DNA of 51,664 nucleotides, counting the filler, from Jimgerdemannia flammicorona (Eukaryota), in NCBI GenBank assembly GCA_003990765.1. It is 2 parts of 2 records of this genome, joined end to end, with 100 filler letters (N's around TTAATTAATTAA, not from the genome) between each part and the next. Parts side by side here need not be neighbours in the genome. Positions count along the whole stretch, not along the records: positions 25,890 to 51,664 come from RBNJ01000797.1; 1 more part is not named here. One strand, 5' to 3'. Shown here piece by piece: positions 46,719-51,664 of the stretch. The notes under the pieces were generated by a model. That model was not told where the DNA came from. It saw only the letters and a list, made by a program, of their open reading frames with translations, and did not search any database. Position numbers and translations under genes: made by a program. The stretch's first letter is position 1; every line of letters starts with the position of its first letter.

Positions 46719-48488
46719 TGTTTTATGGACTCAAAGTCCTGCAGATTTTTATTTGGAAGAGAACCTAGACTATATAGGCCAAAACCCTCCCCTACCACTC
46801 ATTAAGCACTGTCCTCCTATTAATATAGACTAGTAGCTCAACCATGCCAGGTATAGTAGGGCCTATAGTGGCCTATACCTCATTCTGTATACCATGCTCT
46901 CCCTACTACTAGAGAGAACTCAGCCATATACTAATGACCAAAAGTATATATCCGAAACCCTAACATATATATAAGGCTATGCCCGAGCTAAATAGAATAG
47001 TCTCTACCACTCTAAGGAAAATAACAGACAAAGAAAAAACTCTCATCAAAGTACATCATAGTGAATAGGGCCTAGTTCTCCTAGATAAGATGAGTAAAGA
47101 ACTTACATATGTAGTAGGAAGAGACTCCAATACCCCATTACTCAAGCCTGTGGGCCTTGATCACATTGTCATATCAGCTCTCAGTTTCAGTTGAGTACAG
47201 CCAAGACACCTAAAATGAATAACCTCAGGCCCCCAACCCTCTCAATAACTGAGACCCAACCCCACATACATATTACTAAAAGAAGCTGAGAGTGATACCT
47301 ACTATCTAACTGCTCTATACTAATTAAAAGGCCTTACTGAAGCAGCATCTGCCCCAGCCCCAATGACTGCCCCCAGCCTGGCACTCTACTGGTTCACCAT
47401 TATTACCCTTCCTTCTATCTATAATGGTCATCTCTCTTTCTATCTCAATAATATCTGAAAAACAGTTACATATACTAGAACTACACTTACCAGAAAGCTT
47501 GCCAAAGCCAGAGAGCCCTACTACAGATACTGAGGACCTATAAATAATCTATACTGGGCACTTGATACCTAAGGTTGGCCAACTTCTTACATAACCTATG
47601 ATGTACTAATACAATACCTTGTTAGTGATGGTAAAAAGAAGAAGGTACTATACTAAAACAGATACACTCCAGATATAGCCAAAGATATCAGAAACCATAA
47701 AAAAGTAGAGAAGACACTGATCAGACACTGATAAAAGGATAACTCATCACCATTGCCTCTCTCTCACTACTCTGCAACAGATATAGTAAACCAACCTGAG
47801 GTAGAGGGAGTATTAGATGTAGAAAGTAGACTTGGAAGGTTGTCTATCAAACTATTATATCTAGTAAAGTAGTAAAGAAAGGAGCTATTGTAGCTTTTCT
47901 ATCATCTACTGGATATACTGCAGATGTTCTTTAGCTATCTTACTATAGATAATAATATTATTTATATAAACCATCATCTATCTTTCTATATTATAGTGAA
48001 AGATTTTTTCATCATTTACTGAAAGCTTGTTAGTGTATTGTATATTCCAAATAGTATTTGCAGATAGACATAGGTTCTGTCTGAGGTAATAAAGGCTGAT
48101 TTTTCACTTACTGCTTCAGTGAGACCAATTTGGTAGAATCTTGAATATAAATCTAAAGTATTATAATACTATACTTTATCTCTCAAAGTTACAAGAATGT
48201 TACTGATGAGGGGCAGTAGTTGGTAGTTCTTCTTTGTAGTCAGATTGAGCTTTCTGTAATTGATATAGAGTTTTGGAGCAAATTCTTCTGGTTTATCTTC
48301 TTTTTTCAGGGCCAATATAACTGGTGAAGCCCAAGGACTACTGGCTTCTTTGATGATACTGGCTTCTTCTATCTGCTTGATTTCTTCTCTAAATCATTCA
48401 TGATAGACTGATGGGATTGGTCTTACTTTTTGATAAATTAGTTCAGTATCTCCTATATCTACATCATAATAGTAGTGTGGAGTCTTTC
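45107..48488 (-). mobile_element. Decayed Ty3/Gypsy pol remnant C (RT and integrase), interrupted by retroposon copy 2
   Basis: The minus strand reads SSPWASPVIL...INYRKLN...LLPLI (RT) and IDVIDPLLLT...IDLFTK...TDRGTEF (integrase core). Confidence 0.8.
46675..47890 (-). mobile_element. About 1.2-kb non-autonomous retroposon, copy 2 ((TAA)n tail)
   Basis: Colinear with 25890-27079. Flanked by a probable TSD TAGCTTT(T)CTA (about 46665-46674 and 47891-47901). Confidence 0.8.
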
Positions 48489-51400
48489 TGTAATAGTTCT
48501 AGTTTCTTTAAGAGGAAGCAATTAAATCTGGAAGTTCTGGTTAACCTAAAGTAGCTCAAAGAGATACTTAAAGATTCAAGTGTTCTTGAAGAATTTCTGG
48601 GAGAAAAATATTCTAAGCTTTATTTAAATAGAGAATAAGGATATTTATACATGATCTAAAAGAAAGGTCCAGAAGGATCTTGGAAAAAAAGAGAAATACC
48701 AAGAAATAGGTTCTTGGCAAAGCTGACTAATACTATTCTACAATGTTCCAAAAGGTTCCATGACTAGCTAAGACAAGATGCTTGGTGCCAAAGAAAGACA
48801 AGAATGTTCTAATAGTGTCTGGGCACTGAGAGAAGGTTTTTAAGCAGACAGAATATAGTAGAATATTTAAGAAATGACAAGAAAAGACTAACTAAAAGAT
48901 GTAAAAATATACTAGGACTAAATATGACTGTGAAATTGTTACATCCCTCTCTCCTTAAGAACAAATATCCTTATTGAGTTCTTAGATAACATAAGATTAG
49001 ATATACTTAATCAAAATTTCTCAAACTTGAATTGGTGCATTGGTGGGGATTGGCTATCCTCATATAGAGAAGAGGGCCTATTACTAGACTAACTAACTGG
49101 AAGAGGTTCAAATCTAGCTAGTAGCCTTATTTTGGTGGACTTCTTATTTATTAAATATTCTGCTAGTTCTGGGGTCCCAAAGTAAACTTCCAATGCATAA
49201 GACACTTGTCATTTCCATAGGTTGTCAATAATCTAAGAAAGTTACTATAGGGATTGGACAACGTATTTTGCCTCAAAGTCTTGAACTAGATCTTGAGAGT
49301 TCTTGAGATTGACCAGTAGTTCCCAGGTAGTATCATATTTAGGATAACCCATCTACTTGACTAGATATTCTGGATAGCAGTAGTAGATTCATTTGTCAAG
49401 GATTTTCTCAGCTTTATACTCAATATGGTCTTCAATAATCACAGGGATAGAAGGCTTAGGAATTCAACCAGAGTAGAGTGGTGACTAGTTCTAGGTCTTG
49501 AGGTGTGATATATGAAAGACTGGGTATACTCTCATAGTTTCAGGTAGCTTGAGACAGTAGGAGGATGCAGAGATCTATTCAGTAATCTCAAAAGGTCTGA
49601 TATACTTGGATTGGAACTTATTTGAAGAACAGTTGACTTGAGATTATATCTTGAGGTTCTTGGTAGATAGTAGGACTTGATCACTAACAGTATAAGTGAC
49701 ATCACAGTATTTCTTATCAGTATACTTGGCTTGATGCAGTTGAGCCTTCTGAAGATTCATAGTAGTAATCTTGAGTAGTTCATCCATTTTGTCTATAAGG
49801 TTCTTGGTGGTTGAGACTTGTATTTGACTGGTTTTTTTGAAAGAGAATAGACTTGCAGGGGTCTTGGAATCTTGACCATGGAGTAACTAGAAAGGGGAAA
49901 GACCAGTAGATGATTGGACAGTATTGTTGTATGCAAACTCTACATAAGTCAGGTAGATGTTTCAATCATCTTACTTATAAGAAATATAGTTTCTAAGCAT
50001 TTGTTCTAGAGTTCTGTTCATGCACTTAGTTTATCTATCAGTTTGTAGGTGAAAGGCAGTAGACATAGCCAATTGGATTTCCAGAGTCTTGAAGAGAGTT
50101 TGCCAGAAGTGACTGGTCACAATCACTAACAATTACACATGGTAGACCATAGTGATGGAAGATAGACTTGAAGAAGATTCTTGCAATCTCAAGTGCAGTA
50201 GTATTGGTAGTAGTTGGTTCAGCAACCATAGTCTTGGTCAGATAGTCAATAAATATGACAATAGTATCAGCACCAGATTGAGTTTATGATAGTTGAGTTA
50301 TAAAGTCTATGGTGACTTGCTTGAACTTCTTAGTAGGAATTGGCAGTGGCTGTAGTAAACTGGCAGGTGCTTGGTTGATAGACTTATTGTGCTGACATAG
50401 ATCACAGCTAGCAATATAGTTCTTGATTTCCTTGACTATATTTGGCCAATAGTAGCAGTATTGGATGTTCTTGATAGTCTTCTCAATTCTCAGATGACCA
50501 GCAAGAGGGGAGTCATGGTGTTCTTACAAAACCTTATAGTGTAGATTCATGTTTTCAGATAGGTAGACTTGATCTTAATGATAGATCAGGTTGTTCTCAA
50601 CAGTATATATATCCTTGAGTTCATTTGAGAAAACTCTAGTGACAACTATATCTTCTTTGTAAGCTTGCCTGATTTAGTCTAGGAATTCTGATGCCAAGGT
50701 GACTTGTATGATTGTGGCAAGGTCTGGGCATCTTGATAAGGTACCTGGTACTACAAGTATCTTGCCAGGCTTGTAGATGATTATTAGATTGAAGGTTTGA
50801 AGCTTGAGGCTCTACTTGGCTTATAGATGTGACAGAGTAGATTGGGTGTTGATATACTTGAGAGATTGATGATCAGTAATGACATCAAACTCAATACCTT
50901 CTAGATAGTATTGCTAGTAGTCTAGTGCATATATTATTGCTAGTAGTTCCTTTTCATGAGTAGCTAGCTTTTGTTTAGCTGGAGCCAGCTTGCAGGACTC
51001 AAAAGTAATAGAGTAATGTCCTTTGCTATCATCTTATAACAGGACTGCTCTAATAGCAAAATTTGATACATTAGTAGTGACCATGAATTTTAGGTCTTGA
51101 TCTGCATTATGCAGGACTAGAGTATGGGTCAGGTGGTTCTTGAGTTCTTGAAAGGCTTGTTGACAGAGGAGGTCCCAGGTATAGGGTATATAGTGGTCTG
51201 AGTGTGGGGCCTTCCTCATGAGATTAGTCAGTGGCTCAGCAATGCCAGAGAAGTTTCTGATAAAGTAGCAGTAATAGCCAGCTAGACCAAGGAAGGATTG
51301 GAGTTCTGTGAGGTTAGATAGAATGGACCATTCTTCAATTACTTCTATCTTGTATGGGTCTACTTGAATTCCTTGTACAGAGACAATCTAGTCAAGATAT

Positions 51401-51664
51401 TCAACTTGTTCCATGAAGAATTCACACTTCTTGAGCTTGGCATAAAGCTTGTGTTTTTACAGGATTTCTAGGACTATTCAAATGTATTTGAGGTGTTCTT
51501 CTTTAGTTGCACTAAAGATCAGGATGTCATCAAGATATATCAACAGGAAAATAAATAGTTGGTCCTTGAATATCTTATTAATCAGGGTCTGAAATGTGGC
51601 AGGTACATTGGTGAGACCAAATGCTAAGACCAGAAATTTGTAGAGTCCAAAGGGGGTCTGTTAA
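48489..51664 (-). mobile_element. Chromovirus-type Ty3/Gypsy element D (RT-RH-IN-chromodomain-PPT-3' LTR), continuing off the window
   Basis: FGLTNVPATFQ...IYLDDILI, RNase H TTNVSNFAI..EKELLAI, HHDSPLAGH, IN core, chromodomain EYKAEKILD...YLVK*MGY...TWE, PPT at 48944-48955, LTR at 48489-48943 (TGTAAC...ATTACA). Confidence 0.9.

Noticed and set aside
46612..46833. Poly-Leu signal-peptide-like ORF
   Set aside because: It is a translation of the (TAA)n retroposon tail.

Overview
Eukaryotic DNA, most likely from an early-diverging (Mucoromycota-like) fungus. This is inferred from the intron-rich genes, the Ty3/Gypsy and L1/Tx1-like content and the REase family. Two pieces of about 25.8 kb are joined by an artificial N44-TTAATTAATTAA-N44 spacer (25790-25889), so adjacency across it is not supported. 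Most of the window is nested transposon debris that is CpG-depleted and eroded by C>T/G>A changes: a full-length decayed Ty3/Gypsy element A (2245-15120) with a dUTPase, a non-autonomous Ty3/Gypsy element B (27496-32628, minus; gag-dUTPase-protease), solo LTRs, a full-length decayed L1/Tx1-like LINE, two copies of a 1.2-kb non-autonomous retroposon, a MITE and further pol remnants. The host-like genes are an intronless Uma2/PD-(D/E)XK-like endonuclease (110-1045), an about 20-exon Rad5/SHPRH-like SNF2-RING helicase (34734-41060) and a CacyBP/SIP-like cochaperone with a Gly-Met/His-rich tail (41312-42824). The most striking feature is a young 2063-bp solo LTR (10093-12155, perfect GGCAC TSD) whose U3 holds an intact 367-aa ORF with its own promoter-like region. 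Apparent homologues of this ORF occur as an ATGA-coupled third ORF of element A and as an older decayed copy. A sister LTR of the same family carries different cargo at the same position. Together these suggest an uncharacterised retrotransposon accessory-gene family and a swappable U3 cassette.
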